A stretch of 64,000 nt of DNA from an uncultured virus (IMG/VR IMGVR_UViG_3300029258_001891) (lineage: Duplodnaviria; Heunggongvirae; Uroviricota; Caudoviricetes): the IMG/VR virus record IMGVR_UViG_3300029258_001891. One strand, written 5' to 3'. Of this stretch, positions 7,879 through 16,074 are shown in pieces; position 1 is the stretch's first letter, and each line of letters starts with the position of its first letter. The notes beneath the pieces are model-generated. The model worked only from the letters and a program-made list of their open reading frames with translations, did not search any database and was not told the origin of the DNA. The position numbers and the translations under genes are program-made.

Positions 7879-8152
7879 AAAAGCGAAGGTCTTCGTGATT
7901 TCTTTTGGCAAGTACAAAGGACAAACTCTTGACATGATCGCGTGTACGAAAGAAGGGCTGGAGTATCTTGATTGGCTCGTCGGGCAGGAATGGTGTCGCA
8001 ATTCGGTGAAGGAACACTTGGAGAATTACCTCAGCGATAAAAGTATTCAGAAAGAGTTAAGTGCCGGAGATAACGAATTTGAAGAATTGGGAGACGGAGA
8101 TGTGTTGGAAGGCGACGACATAGCTTTCGAGGAAGGCAGACCGTACTACTAA
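7772..8152 (+). CDS. DUF3820/exonuclease X C-terminal-like protein
   Basis: ISFGKYKGQTLDMI...LEYLDWL motif. Confidence 0.7.
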   Translation: MGKTKSKRSKSTKKRLPEKTAVKEKEVKKKKEKEFEKAKVFVISFGKYKGQTLDMIACTKEGLEYLDWLVGQEWCRNSVKEHLENYLSDKSIQKELSAGDNEFEELGDGDVLEGDDIAFEEGRPYY

Positions 8153-8171
8153 ATCCTGTATATACAGGATT
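8152..8171. promoter_or_regulatory. perfect 20-bp palindrome, putative operator
   Basis: AATCCTGTATATACAGGATT; 16 bp of it (CTGTATATACAGGATT) also at 7170-7185. Confidence 0.6.
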
Positions 8172-8183
8172 GGAGACAACTCC

Positions 8184-8582
8184 ATGGAAATGATGCCTGT
8201 TGTACATATTCTCACTCTTTGTGACCAAACCATCCTTGAGCAAGGCACCGGCAAGATGAGCATCATCGGTATATTCAAGAACTTCAACGCATTCAGTTTT
8301 CCCGCAGTGATGAGAAAGAATGTGTTTATCTCTTTTTCAGGCGGGGGTGGTGATTGTAAAACGAGTTTGCGCATTGTGAAAGTCAGCACGGGAGAAATTT
8401 TAGCGAATCTTGAATTGACGCTTCACATAAAAGACAGAACAGCCTTGGCGACGATTACTGCCGGAGTGGAAGTGAAGTTTGACGGGCCTGATACATACGA
8501 AGTTCAGCTTTGGGGTGGTGGAGAAGTCTTGAAGTCCACGTTGCTGATCGTCAGTCAGATCGTGTTGAGGAAACCGGAATGA
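8184..8582 (+). CDS. DUF6941-like protein
   Basis: LTLCDQTILEQGTGKMSIIGIF...FSFPAV. Confidence 0.7.
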   Translation: MEMMPVVHILTLCDQTILEQGTGKMSIIGIFKNFNAFSFPAVMRKNVFISFSGGGGDCKTSLRIVKVSTGEILANLELTLHIKDRTALATITAGVEVKFDGPDTYEVQLWGGGEVLKSTLLIVSQIVLRKPE

Positions 8583-8935
8583 AAACGAAAAGATTCACTA
8601 GAGCGAAGTGCGAAAAGCGCGGAGATTTGATCGCTAAGTTGTACGGCGAAGGAAAAACTGTCAAGAAACTCGCCGAACGCTTCAAAATGTCGTGCGCTGG
8701 CGTGCGTGTGAATCTCCATAAACGGAATGTGGAACTCCGAGAGAATGTTAGAAACAAAGGTAACTGTCAGCATCCTGAAAGATTGAAGCGAATGCGCCGC
8801 ATGTACGCGAAAGGGATGACTCTTCGGGAAATTGGAAAGACTTTCAGCTTGTCGGGACAAGCTGTGGGAAGTTTTCTTGTTAGATGGGGGGTAACAATGC
8901 GTCCTACAGGACGAAGAAAGGAGAAAACGCCATGA
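8579..8935 (+). CDS. tandem helix-turn-helix DNA-binding protein
   Basis: LYGEGKTVKKLAERFKMS and MYAKGMTLREIGKTFSLS repeats. Confidence 0.75.
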   Translation: MKTKRFTRAKCEKRGDLIAKLYGEGKTVKKLAERFKMSCAGVRVNLHKRNVELRENVRNKGNCQHPERLKRMRRMYAKGMTLREIGKTFSLSGQAVGSFLVRWGVTMRPTGRRKEKTP

Positions 8936-9360
8936 AATTGGAGATGGAGGGGAAGGAACCTCTTGTGATCTTCTTTGGAGTGCCGATTTGCACGGCGGCA
9001 ATCGTTCTCGGGACGCTTTTTGTGTCTCCACCGAAGTTTGTTCAGCCGGTTTATCAGCCTTCTGATGTGAAAGTAACGTCTGAAGTCAAGGCAACGCTCC
9101 CGGAAGGCTCGATTCAGATTCAAAACAACGTGCCGCCTGTCCAAATCCGCGAAGTTGAGCGTGAAGTTGTCCGCGAAGTCGTGAAAGTGCCGGATGTGGT
9201 CGTGAAAAACGATGTTCGAACGCCGCCACCTGTCGTGAAAGTCATCCAGAAAGGAAAAACAGCGGAAAAAGAGCCAATCGAAGCGGTTGACGAAGCCTTG
9301 CCGCCCCCTCTCGGCACCAAAGCACGTGAAGAGTGGGACAGACAACGAAAAAGCCAATGA
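8932..9360 (+). CDS. membrane-anchored Pro/Val-rich protein
   Basis: N-terminal TM PLVIFFGVPICTAAIVLGTLFV; SD AAGGAG. Confidence 0.7.
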   Translation: MKLEMEGKEPLVIFFGVPICTAAIVLGTLFVSPPKFVQPVYQPSDVKVTSEVKATLPEGSIQIQNNVPPVQIREVEREVVREVVKVPDVVVKNDVRTPPPVVKVIQKGKTAEKEPIEAVDEALPPPLGTKAREEWDRQRKSQ

Positions 9361-9590
9361 AAAAATCCGTACAAGTCAATATTCGAGTAGAGAAGTGCCT
9401 TTTCGATGAGCTAAAACGGCTTGTTGAAAAGGGAAAAGTGACTATGACGGACGTTTTCTATATGGGGGCTTGGTCCGCGCTGGCAAAACACAGTCCCAAG
9501 TCGTTCAAGCGCATTCTCAAGGCTGTCGAGAAAGCGAAGAAGTTGAACAAACGGCCAGGAAGACCACCAAAAAGGAGAAAAGCAAGATGA
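9357..9590 (+). CDS. ribbon-helix-helix-like DNA-binding protein
   Basis: SVQVNIRVEKCLFDELKRL; C-terminal RPGRPPKRRK (AT-hook-like). Confidence 0.6.
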   Translation: MKKSVQVNIRVEKCLFDELKRLVEKGKVTMTDVFYMGAWSALAKHSPKSFKRILKAVEKAKKLNKRPGRPPKRRKAR

Positions 9591-10291
9591 GCTACACTAA
9601 CGCGCCCATCATCGTTCTCGGGATGCCTTGTAGTGGCGCTACTCTGCTTGAGGACATTCTCGAAGTCTGTGGAGTCGAGCACGTCGATAAGGGCATTGTC
9701 GATAAAGTGCACAAAGACGCGCAGATGGTATCCGGGTGCGACAAGACCGGGATTCTCTCTGTACCTGCTCCACAGGATGCAAAGACGTTCTTCCCTTACG
9801 GGAAGATCAACAAGTGGAAGAGCCTCATGGAGAGGGAACGGCCTTGGTGCTTCTATGATCCACGAACGCTGCTCTACATCGATGCGTGGCACATGCTCTT
9901 TCCCGATGCTCGTTTCATGCTCGTTATCCGGCATCCCACAAGCGTTGCCCCGGCGATGAAGGCGAACTTCGGCGTACCCACCGGATCGGGCAACGAAGCG
10001 TGGTTCAACTACCACCGGGGGAGGGTGGATCATTTTCTTCAGTCAAACAAGTTCGTGATCTTCGACTTCGAGCGGCTTTGGAAAGACCCTGCCCTTGTCC
10101 CGGCGTTCTTCAAGGCGAAAGAGCCAAGCGGAGACTTCTTTGGAATCCAGCCTTCACCCACGGCGTTTGAAGGCGTGGTGGCGCTCGTCAATCGCTTCCA
10201 TGACATGCACCCGCCGACCACTGAGGGTCTTCCCCCGGCGCTTCAAACGCTCTGGAATACGCTTAAGACGAGGGCTTTTGAGCACGGATAA
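9587..10291 (+). CDS. sulfotransferase-family protein (degenerate motifs)
   Basis: IIVLGMPCSGATLL, PWCFYDPRT, FPDARFMLVIRHPTSVA, FDFERL. Confidence 0.75.
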   Translation: MSYTNAPIIVLGMPCSGATLLEDILEVCGVEHVDKGIVDKVHKDAQMVSGCDKTGILSVPAPQDAKTFFPYGKINKWKSLMERERPWCFYDPRTLLYIDAWHMLFPDARFMLVIRHPTSVAPAMKANFGVPTGSGNEAWFNYHRGRVDHFLQSNKFVIFDFERLWKDPALVPAFFKAKEPSGDFFGIQPSPTAFEGVVALVNRFHDMHPPTTEGLPPALQTLWNTLKTRAFEHG

Positions 10292-10350
10292 TCTTTCCAA
10301 AAGTCTTGACAAAGGAACCCGCCGTGGGGCACCCTTCCAAACCCCTGAAA

Positions 10351-10389
10351 TTTTTCTCTTGACAAGGGGTGCCCTGTCCTGGATAAGAT
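10351..10389 (+). promoter_or_regulatory. putative promoter
   Basis: TTTTTCTCTTGACA (identical 14-mer at 51541) with a GATAAGAT -10 region. Confidence 0.45.
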
Positions 10390-10396
10390 TGTCCTC

Positions 10397-10672
10397 ATGG
10401 CAAAGGGACGTAGGCGCATACCTGAGCGAACGGTACGGCAAACCGTCCGCGAAACGAAGAGACGAGGGGCGTTGTCCACCAAGGGGCTTCGCCCGTCTTT
10501 CTCGTCACAAGACCTTCCCGCGCGATCCGAGGAGCAGGGTCGTCGGAACAAGAACGCAGTCCCACCGCTCCTCAATCCGCCAGTGACCTTCAAGGGCGCA
10601 ACGGTTGGCGACTTGAAGCGTATGGCGCGATCTCCCTCCAAAGCTGCCGCTCGCAAAGGAACCCGCCCATAG
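10397..10672 (+). CDS. small Arg/Lys-rich protein
   Basis: MAKGRRRIPERTVRQ...; low complexity, strongly basic. Confidence 0.6.
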   Translation: MAKGRRRIPERTVRQTVRETKRRGALSTKGLRPSFSSQDLPARSEEQGRRNKNAVPPLLNPPVTFKGATVGDLKRMARSPSKAAARKGTRP

Positions 10673-10773
10673 TCCCCTCGCCATTACAAGACGTGTGGGA
10701 TTGGCTGTTGCTGATCCTGGGAATCGCGGCAACGGTCATTGGCTTTTACTGCCTGATATGAAAGGAGAAGACC

Positions 10774-11310
10774 ATGAAGGATCGGCTACAGCCTACTCCA
10801 TCTCGTCGGTCTGTTGTTGTTGGTTCACTCGTTGTTCTCACGTCGCTGTCTTGTCTTGCTGTTCTTGCCGGGGAAGCGCCCGCTCCTGTTCCGGCTGAAG
10901 GAACGTGGGAGATGCCGTCCTGGCTTCAGTTCGTGCTCACGTTTGAGTTCGTGTGGAAAGGCTTGGCAAGTCTTGGTGGCGCTGCCCTCACATGGATTTT
11001 CGGCTTGGACCTGTGGCACAAGTTGGGCTTTGGTGATGGAGCCGGGAAGGAAGCCTTGGCCGCGCTGGAAGCGGGTGTTCACAAGGCATACGAAGAGTTC
11101 GTGTGGGAAGCGAAGAAGGCGGCTGCTGACGGCAAGTTGTCGAAGGACGAACGGAAGATGGCCCGAGAGAAGGCGATTCTCTTTGCCAAGGAGATTGCCA
11201 CGGGCGATGCAAAGAAGCTGTTGCTGAAGTGGGGAACCCAACGGCTTGAGGCAATCGTTTCGAAGATCGTGAAGAAGATGAAGGAGAAAAAGGAGAAGGA
11301 GGAGGATTAA
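10774..11310 (+). CDS. putative holin (LL-H-like)
   Basis: Hydrophobic segments, then AADGKLSKDE...REKA...LEAIVSKIVKKMK; SD AAGGAG. Confidence 0.55.
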   Translation: MKDRLQPTPSRRSVVVGSLVVLTSLSCLAVLAGEAPAPVPAEGTWEMPSWLQFVLTFEFVWKGLASLGGAALTWIFGLDLWHKLGFGDGAGKEALAALEAGVHKAYEEFVWEAKKAAADGKLSKDERKMAREKAILFAKEIATGDAKKLLLKWGTQRLEAIVSKIVKKMKEKKEKEED

Positions 11311-11312
11311 AC

Positions 11313-11510
11313 ATGTCCGCTGTTGTTACGATCCTCTTGAGTCTCCTTCGGCCCATTTTTGAGGTAATCGCTAATGCCTTCTTCAAAGTCATCACTGAGC
11401 CGGACAAAGCAGAGATGTCTCCCGATCCCGAACCTGTCCTTGAGACGCTTGATCCCGGCCTTGACGATGGTGGTGTTGATCCTGTTCTGTACGAGTTGCT
11501 TGAGGGCTGA
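11313..11510 (+). CDS. small membrane-associated protein, putative i-spanin-like
   Basis: Hydrophobic N-terminus, acidic C-terminus; overlaps the lipoprotein gene. Confidence 0.5.
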   Translation: MSAVVTILLSLLRPIFEVIANAFFKVITEPDKAEMSPDPEPVLETLDPGLDDGGVDPVLYELLEG

Positions 11511-11937
11511 GAGAACAGAAGTACATCACATCGCTCGCGCTACGAAGTTACCTAAGGAAGTGAACGGGATGCTCCGAATCGTCGGAGTGAAGAAGGATCA
11601 ACTCATCGTCAACATGGTCGGACAAAAAGAAGTCGGCCCGTTCGAGATGGAAGCGAGGAGTTCGAAAGGCTCTACGCTGCTTCAAACTATGGGCCGTATG
11701 TTTGACGATCCGAAGTACAGGAAGTTCCTCAACGAACACGCCAGCGATAAGTTCCTCGTTGAAGTCATCCTTGAGGAACGCAAGAAGATCGACGCCACAG
11801 GCTACATCATTAACCACGAACAGGATGTGGCCGCATGGGTGAAGAACACGGCGTTGCTTCAAACGCTTTTGAAAGACCCGATCATACAGAAACGCGCACA
11901 CGAGATGCGCGCAGAGAAAAAGAAGAAGGAGGAGTAG
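11440..11937 (+). CDS. putative lipoprotein (o-spanin-like)
   Basis: TTG start gives signal MRRLIPALTMVVLILFCTS-C with a lipobox-like Cys. Confidence 0.55.
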   Translation: MRRLIPALTMVVLILFCTSCLRAERTEVHHIARATKLPKEVNGMLRIVGVKKDQLIVNMVGQKEVGPFEMEARSSKGSTLLQTMGRMFDDPKYRKFLNEHASDKFLVEVILEERKKIDATGYIINHEQDVAAWVKNTALLQTLLKDPIIQKRAHEMRAEKKKKEE

Positions 11938-11939
11938 CC

Positions 11940-12230
11940 ATGACCAGAAGCGGGATCAAGGGCTTCAAGAAGAGTTCTTCGGGGCTGCAAGCGGATGTAC
12001 ATAAGGGTGCCCGGAGAGATGGGACGGATCGCCCTGGAAAGAGCAAGTCCATTGTTCCAGGCTCTGGCGATTCGAAGTCTCCAACCGGAAGAAAAGTGAC
12101 TGCTCGGCGGAATGCTGCTTACGGCGGAAGTGCAGGCTCTTCTATGCAGAAGGCCATTGGTGGTCCGTACAGCGGCAAGGGTGGGAACCGCGCGAGCAAG
12201 ACTGCGCGAGTTGATCGCTTGAGCAAATAG
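11940..12230 (+). CDS. small basic Gly/Ser/Lys/Arg-rich protein
   Basis: SD GGAGGAG; MTRSGIKGFKKSSSG... Confidence 0.7.
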   Translation: MTRSGIKGFKKSSSGLQADVHKGARRDGTDRPGKSKSIVPGSGDSKSPTGRKVTARRNAAYGGSAGSSMQKAIGGPYSGKGGNRASKTARVDRLSK

Positions 12231-12232
12231 CA

Positions 12233-12724
12233 ATGGCAAAGAAGATCAACTATGCCATTGCTCTGCAAAACGCTGGAAGAGCGCCACAGGGAATCCCCCT
12301 AGACGCATTGGGGGCTTCTTTTGTTTCTGGCGGCAAGAAGTTCTACAAACGGGCGAAGGAATTGAGTGAAAGGGTTCCTCGTGGAAGACCCCCTGAAGAG
12401 TTCCCCGAGTCCGCTTCCGCCACAACACAAGCCCGTGCCGATGGCGTGGATCAATCCCGGCAGAAGCAGCCCATCAAAGGACAGGCTGGTAAGGGAAAAG
12501 CACCGCAAGGAAAGAGTAAAGTACCGGATCGAAGAGGCGCTAAGGCTCCGCGAAATGCAATCGCAAGTTCAATCCGGGCAATCAGCACAAGGCGGGGAAA
12601 GTTTGGCAAGACAAAACTCAAGCCTTCAACCGAGTCCAGTCTCAAACGCAAGGGATTCCGAGTTGGAGCGCCGTCAGAAATTCCTCGAAGAACAGGCCAA
12701 AACAAACCGCGAGGTAGAGCGTAA
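12233..12724 (+). CDS. basic low-complexity protein
   Basis: Starts 2 nt after the upstream stop; K/R/G/S-rich. Confidence 0.55.
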   Translation: MAKKINYAIALQNAGRAPQGIPLDALGASFVSGGKKFYKRAKELSERVPRGRPPEEFPESASATTQARADGVDQSRQKQPIKGQAGKGKAPQGKSKVPDRRGAKAPRNAIASSIRAISTRRGKFGKTKLKPSTESSLKRKGFRVGAPSEIPRRTGQNKPRGRA

Positions 12725-12836
12725 GAAAGAGGCATTCAGAAAAAAGATCGCTCGTCCTCGTGACACAAGAAGGGGAAGTCGGCACGGGAATCTGAATGAA
12801 AGACTTGCGAGGAGCGTTCGGAATAGGAGAGTGTGA
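12366..12836 (+). CDS. basic helical protein overlapping 12233-12724
   Basis: SD AAGGA before GTG; coiled-coil-like ELERRQKFLEEQAKTNREVERKKE; ends 3 nt before the next gene. Confidence 0.45.
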   Translation: MKGFLVEDPLKSSPSPLPPQHKPVPMAWINPGRSSPSKDRLVREKHRKERVKYRIEEALRLREMQSQVQSGQSAQGGESLARQNSSLQPSPVSNARDSELERRQKFLEEQAKTNREVERKKEAFRKKIARPRDTRRGSRHGNLNERLARSVRNRRV

Positions 12837-12839
12837 ATC

Positions 12840-13088
12840 ATGGGGAAGAAAGTCAATCAAGGCCCTCGTGAACCGAAACGGAATACCGCGAAGCGGACGA
12901 GAAAGCAGTCTTCGGCGAAATATACTCCCGATGTGACAATCAACATGGGTAGCGCCAAGAGTGCTTTCAAAAGAGAGGCAGGCGCTTTGCCGAGAGGCGG
13001 AAGAGACAACACGCTTTCTGCGCGTCCCTCCACCGAACGCAGCAACAAGAAGTTTCGGATTCAACGTGGCCGTCAAAGCCCATTGTAA
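12840..13088 (+). CDS. small basic protein
   Basis: SD AGGAG; MGKKVNQGPREPKRNTAKRTRK. Confidence 0.7.
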   Translation: MGKKVNQGPREPKRNTAKRTRKQSSAKYTPDVTINMGSAKSAFKREAGALPRGGRDNTLSARPSTERSNKKFRIQRGRQSPL

Positions 13089-13100
13089 GGAGTGTGAAAG

Positions 13101-13436
13101 ATGGCTGTCACAACTCTTGACTTGACGGACAAACAAGGTGGCATCGTGGATGTCAATCACGACGATGGATCAATCGTTGTATTCGGCCGTCCCATGCGTC
13201 GTTTCATCATCAAGAATCCCCTCACTAACTCGGACAAGGTTTACTATACGCTTGGGAAAGCTGGAATGCTTGGTGGAACGTTGCCGAAGACCGAAGCTGT
13301 TCTTGATGCTTCGTACCCTTTCCTCATTCCGGGCGAAGACCTGGAATTCGAGGAACCGAATCGACAACCTGAGACGCTTGAACTTCTTTGCGGGAACACA
13401 AAAGCTGTAACGGCAATCAGGGTGATGAAAGTCTGA
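13101..13436 (+). CDS. hypothetical beta-rich protein, possible virion component
   Basis: SD AAGGAG; 111 aa. Confidence 0.7.
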   Translation: MAVTTLDLTDKQGGIVDVNHDDGSIVVFGRPMRRFIIKNPLTNSDKVYYTLGKAGMLGGTLPKTEAVLDASYPFLIPGEDLEFEEPNRQPETLELLCGNTKAVTAIRVMKV

Positions 13437-13870
13437 TGGTGAACTTGGACGATCCGACTCTGTGCACGAAATGCGGGATTTGCTGCTACGTGGCACTTCC
13501 TGATGAGAAGGGCGTTTTGTTTTTCACGCCTTTCTATTGCTGCAAGTTGGCGTCCAAACTTTGTTCGTGCTATCAGAGTAGGTTCACAAGGATTCATTTC
13601 TGTCTCACTGTTCGCGAGGCAGTTAAGCAAAGACAACTTCCCAATGGTTGTCCTTACGTTACTGACAGAGCAAACTACAAGGGACCAAATCCCGACTACC
13701 GGCAATCTCCGCAAGTTACGGCCTTGGTCAACAGAATCAACGAACATGGGAATGGTGTCTTCGTTTGGCGCAATCTTTGGTTGAAACGAGATTACGCCTG
13801 GACTCCGAAGACGACCACGTATCCTTTGGCCGTGACGTGTGCGGAGGGTGTCTTAGATGAGTCGCCTTAG
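13436..13870 (+). CDS. YkgJ-like CxxCxxCC Cys-cluster protein
   Basis: LCTKCGICCY...YCCKL...LCSCYQSRF...CLT...LPNGCPYV. Confidence 0.75.
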   Translation: MVNLDDPTLCTKCGICCYVALPDEKGVLFFTPFYCCKLASKLCSCYQSRFTRIHFCLTVREAVKQRQLPNGCPYVTDRANYKGPNPDYRQSPQVTALVNRINEHGNGVFVWRNLWLKRDYAWTPKTTTYPLAVTCAEGVLDESP

Positions 13871-14576
13871 TGCAGCTAGTGGAGTAAGTCAAGCCGTCAT
13901 AGATGCACTGGACTTCAAAGCCAGTGTTCGTGCCGCTACGACGGCACCTGTTGTTCTTGCCAATCTGATACCCGGATTCAATCTCGACGGTGAAGTTCTT
14001 GTTGGTGGCGACCGTGTTCTCGTGAAGGACAATGGGAACTTCGAGAACGGAATTTGGGTAATTCAATCTGCTGGTCCCCCCGTCCGCGCGACGGACGCGA
14101 ACCAGGACCAAGATGTTACTGCCGGACTTGTGGTAGTCGTCACAGAAGGAACGACGAACGGCGATACGGGATGGATACTTGTAACTGACGATCCTATTAC
14201 TGTCGGCGTTACCACACTCACGTTTATGAAAGTTTTTCCCTTGGCCGGTGGGGGAGGAACAACGGATGCGCTGGCCATCGCAGACAAAGGCATTACTGCC
14301 AATGCAACTACCAGCGACGAAGATGCTGCCATGGCTGGCGGCATTTCAATCACGCCTGTAGCAAATGGAATGGTCCTTGTCTTTGTCAACGGGCTTGGTG
14401 TTGAAGTTGGAGACGGTGTTAAGACGAAAGAGTGCTATTTCGCCGATCCAGCTACACCCAGTGTGCCAAGGGCAATCGCCAACATTCAAGCTGGCGATAG
14501 TTTGCGTTGGATGGGGAGCGTAGCGACCTACGAACTAGCCCCGACGGACAAGATCGATCTAGTCTACGTGGTTTAA
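13857..14576 (+). CDS. virion fibre/decoration protein
   Basis: DFKASVRAATTA...LDGEVLVGGDRVLVKD...ENGIW domain; C-terminal domain shared with 14591-15997. Confidence 0.75.
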   Translation: MSRLSAASGVSQAVIDALDFKASVRAATTAPVVLANLIPGFNLDGEVLVGGDRVLVKDNGNFENGIWVIQSAGPPVRATDANQDQDVTAGLVVVVTEGTTNGDTGWILVTDDPITVGVTTLTFMKVFPLAGGGGTTDALAIADKGITANATTSDEDAAMAGGISITPVANGMVLVFVNGLGVEVGDGVKTKECYFADPATPSVPRAIANIQAGDSLRWMGSVATYELAPTDKIDLVYVV

Positions 14577-14590
14577 GGGAGAAAAAGAAA

Positions 14591-15997
14591 ATGCCTCAGA
14601 TCAACGGCAAACAGATCAAGGCGCTGACGATCACCAACTCTCAAATCTCGGCTTCTGCCGCCATCGCGCTTTCGAAATTGGCCGAAGCCGTGATTCAGGC
14701 TGACGGTGGTCAAGCGTTCACTGCTGCTCAGAGTATGGGCAGCAACAAGCTGACCAATCTTGCGAACGGCACCGATTCAACCGATGCCGTGAACAAGGGC
14801 CAACTTGATGCCGCTGTCGCGGGATTGAGTTGGCTTGAACCCGTGCATGTTCGCACGTACATAGGGAACAGGACCGTCGCGGAAATCAATGCTCTTTCGC
14901 CGAGCGCGGGTTGGGCCGTTGTTGCGACGGGAGCCACCGGGACACCGACTGCCGGAACGTCGGACGAACTGGATGAAGGCGACATTGCGGAGTTCGACGG
15001 GACTTCCTGGAAGATCATTGTTGGGCATTCCAGCAACTATCCGCCTGACGGCACTCGTGCTATCGTTTCGGAAAGCGAAACCTTGTACAGTCCTGCCACG
15101 GACGGCACGGATGACGGCAAGATTGCGGAGTGGGATGGGACGAGTCTTACTCCCTCTTTCATCACGGTAACGGATGGCGAAGCTGCGTTGGTTCGTGGTG
15201 AAGCCTGCGTGTTCGAGAACTACGGCTACGTTTTCGACGGCACTGTGCCGACGGGATCATGGACGCAGTTCACCGCTATTACGTCGGCGGGCGCTGGTGC
15301 GGGCCTTGTCGAAAATGGAAGCGATCTCGATGTGGGCGATGCCGGAAAGGGTGTTCAAGTCAACGCCGACAACGTTCAGGTCGATGCCAGTGAAATTGCG
15401 GGCAACGGCCTTGCGCAGACGGCTGGCGGCGGAAATGAACATCTTCTCACTATCGACATCGATTCCGAAACCGGCGGAAACATCCAAGGCGTGAATGTCA
15501 CGTCAAACGGTGTGGGCGTTGACATTGCGGCTATCGCCGGAACTGGAATCGAAGCGGATGGTTCGGCCAATCTGCGTTTGGCTGCTCAAGGGAACGGGAT
15601 TGACGGCGGGGCAGGCGCTACGCTCTCTGTCAAGAACGATGGTACTTCCGTTCTCGTGGCGGCTGGCGGGATCAAGGCTCCGGTGTCCACTCAGAGCTAC
15701 AAGAATCTCACTGCGAACGTCACGTCTTCGGATGGCGACAAGGCCACGGATACCACCATTGCCACGGCGGCTCTGCCAAAGGGCGATTGTGATGTGGCTG
15801 TGTATGTCAACGGTGTGAAGATGTACGTCAGCGACGACAATTCCGGTGAATGCTACTTCGGCCAGGGAGACACCACCACGGCCCGCGATAAGACCAATCT
15901 CGCCAACGGCGATACGCTGCGCTGGAACGGTAGTGTCGCCGGATACGAGTTGGCCGCGACAGATAAGATCGACATCGTTCTGGATACGCATGTCTGA
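14591..15997 (+). CDS. Gly/Ala/Thr-rich virion fibre protein
   Basis: NKLTNLANGTDSTDAVNKGQLD fibre motif; AGxGL/I repeats. Confidence 0.8.
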   Translation: MPQINGKQIKALTITNSQISASAAIALSKLAEAVIQADGGQAFTAAQSMGSNKLTNLANGTDSTDAVNKGQLDAAVAGLSWLEPVHVRTYIGNRTVAEINALSPSAGWAVVATGATGTPTAGTSDELDEGDIAEFDGTSWKIIVGHSSNYPPDGTRAIVSESETLYSPATDGTDDGKIAEWDGTSLTPSFITVTDGEAALVRGEACVFENYGYVFDGTVPTGSWTQFTAITSAGAGAGLVENGSDLDVGDAGKGVQVNADNVQVDASEIAGNGLAQTAGGGNEHLLTIDIDSETGGNIQGVNVTSNGVGVDIAAIAGTGIEADGSANLRLAAQGNGIDGGAGATLSVKNDGTSVLVAAGGIKAPVSTQSYKNLTANVTSSDGDKATDTTIATAALPKGDCDVAVYVNGVKMYVSDDNSGECYFGQGDTTTARDKTNLANGDTLRWNGSVAGYELAATDKIDIVLDTHV

Positions 15998-16018
15998 TCT
16001 TTTTGACGCCGCATGGGA

Positions 16019-16051
16019 AGGGATGGGGGAGTGATTATCTCCCCCATCCCT
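16019..16051 (+). terminator. strong GC hairpin (terminator or mRNA stabiliser)
   Basis: AGGGATGGGGGAG-7 nt-CTCCCCCATCCCT. Confidence 0.6.
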
Positions 16052-16074
16052 AGTCTTCGTTTAGGAGTCTTACC

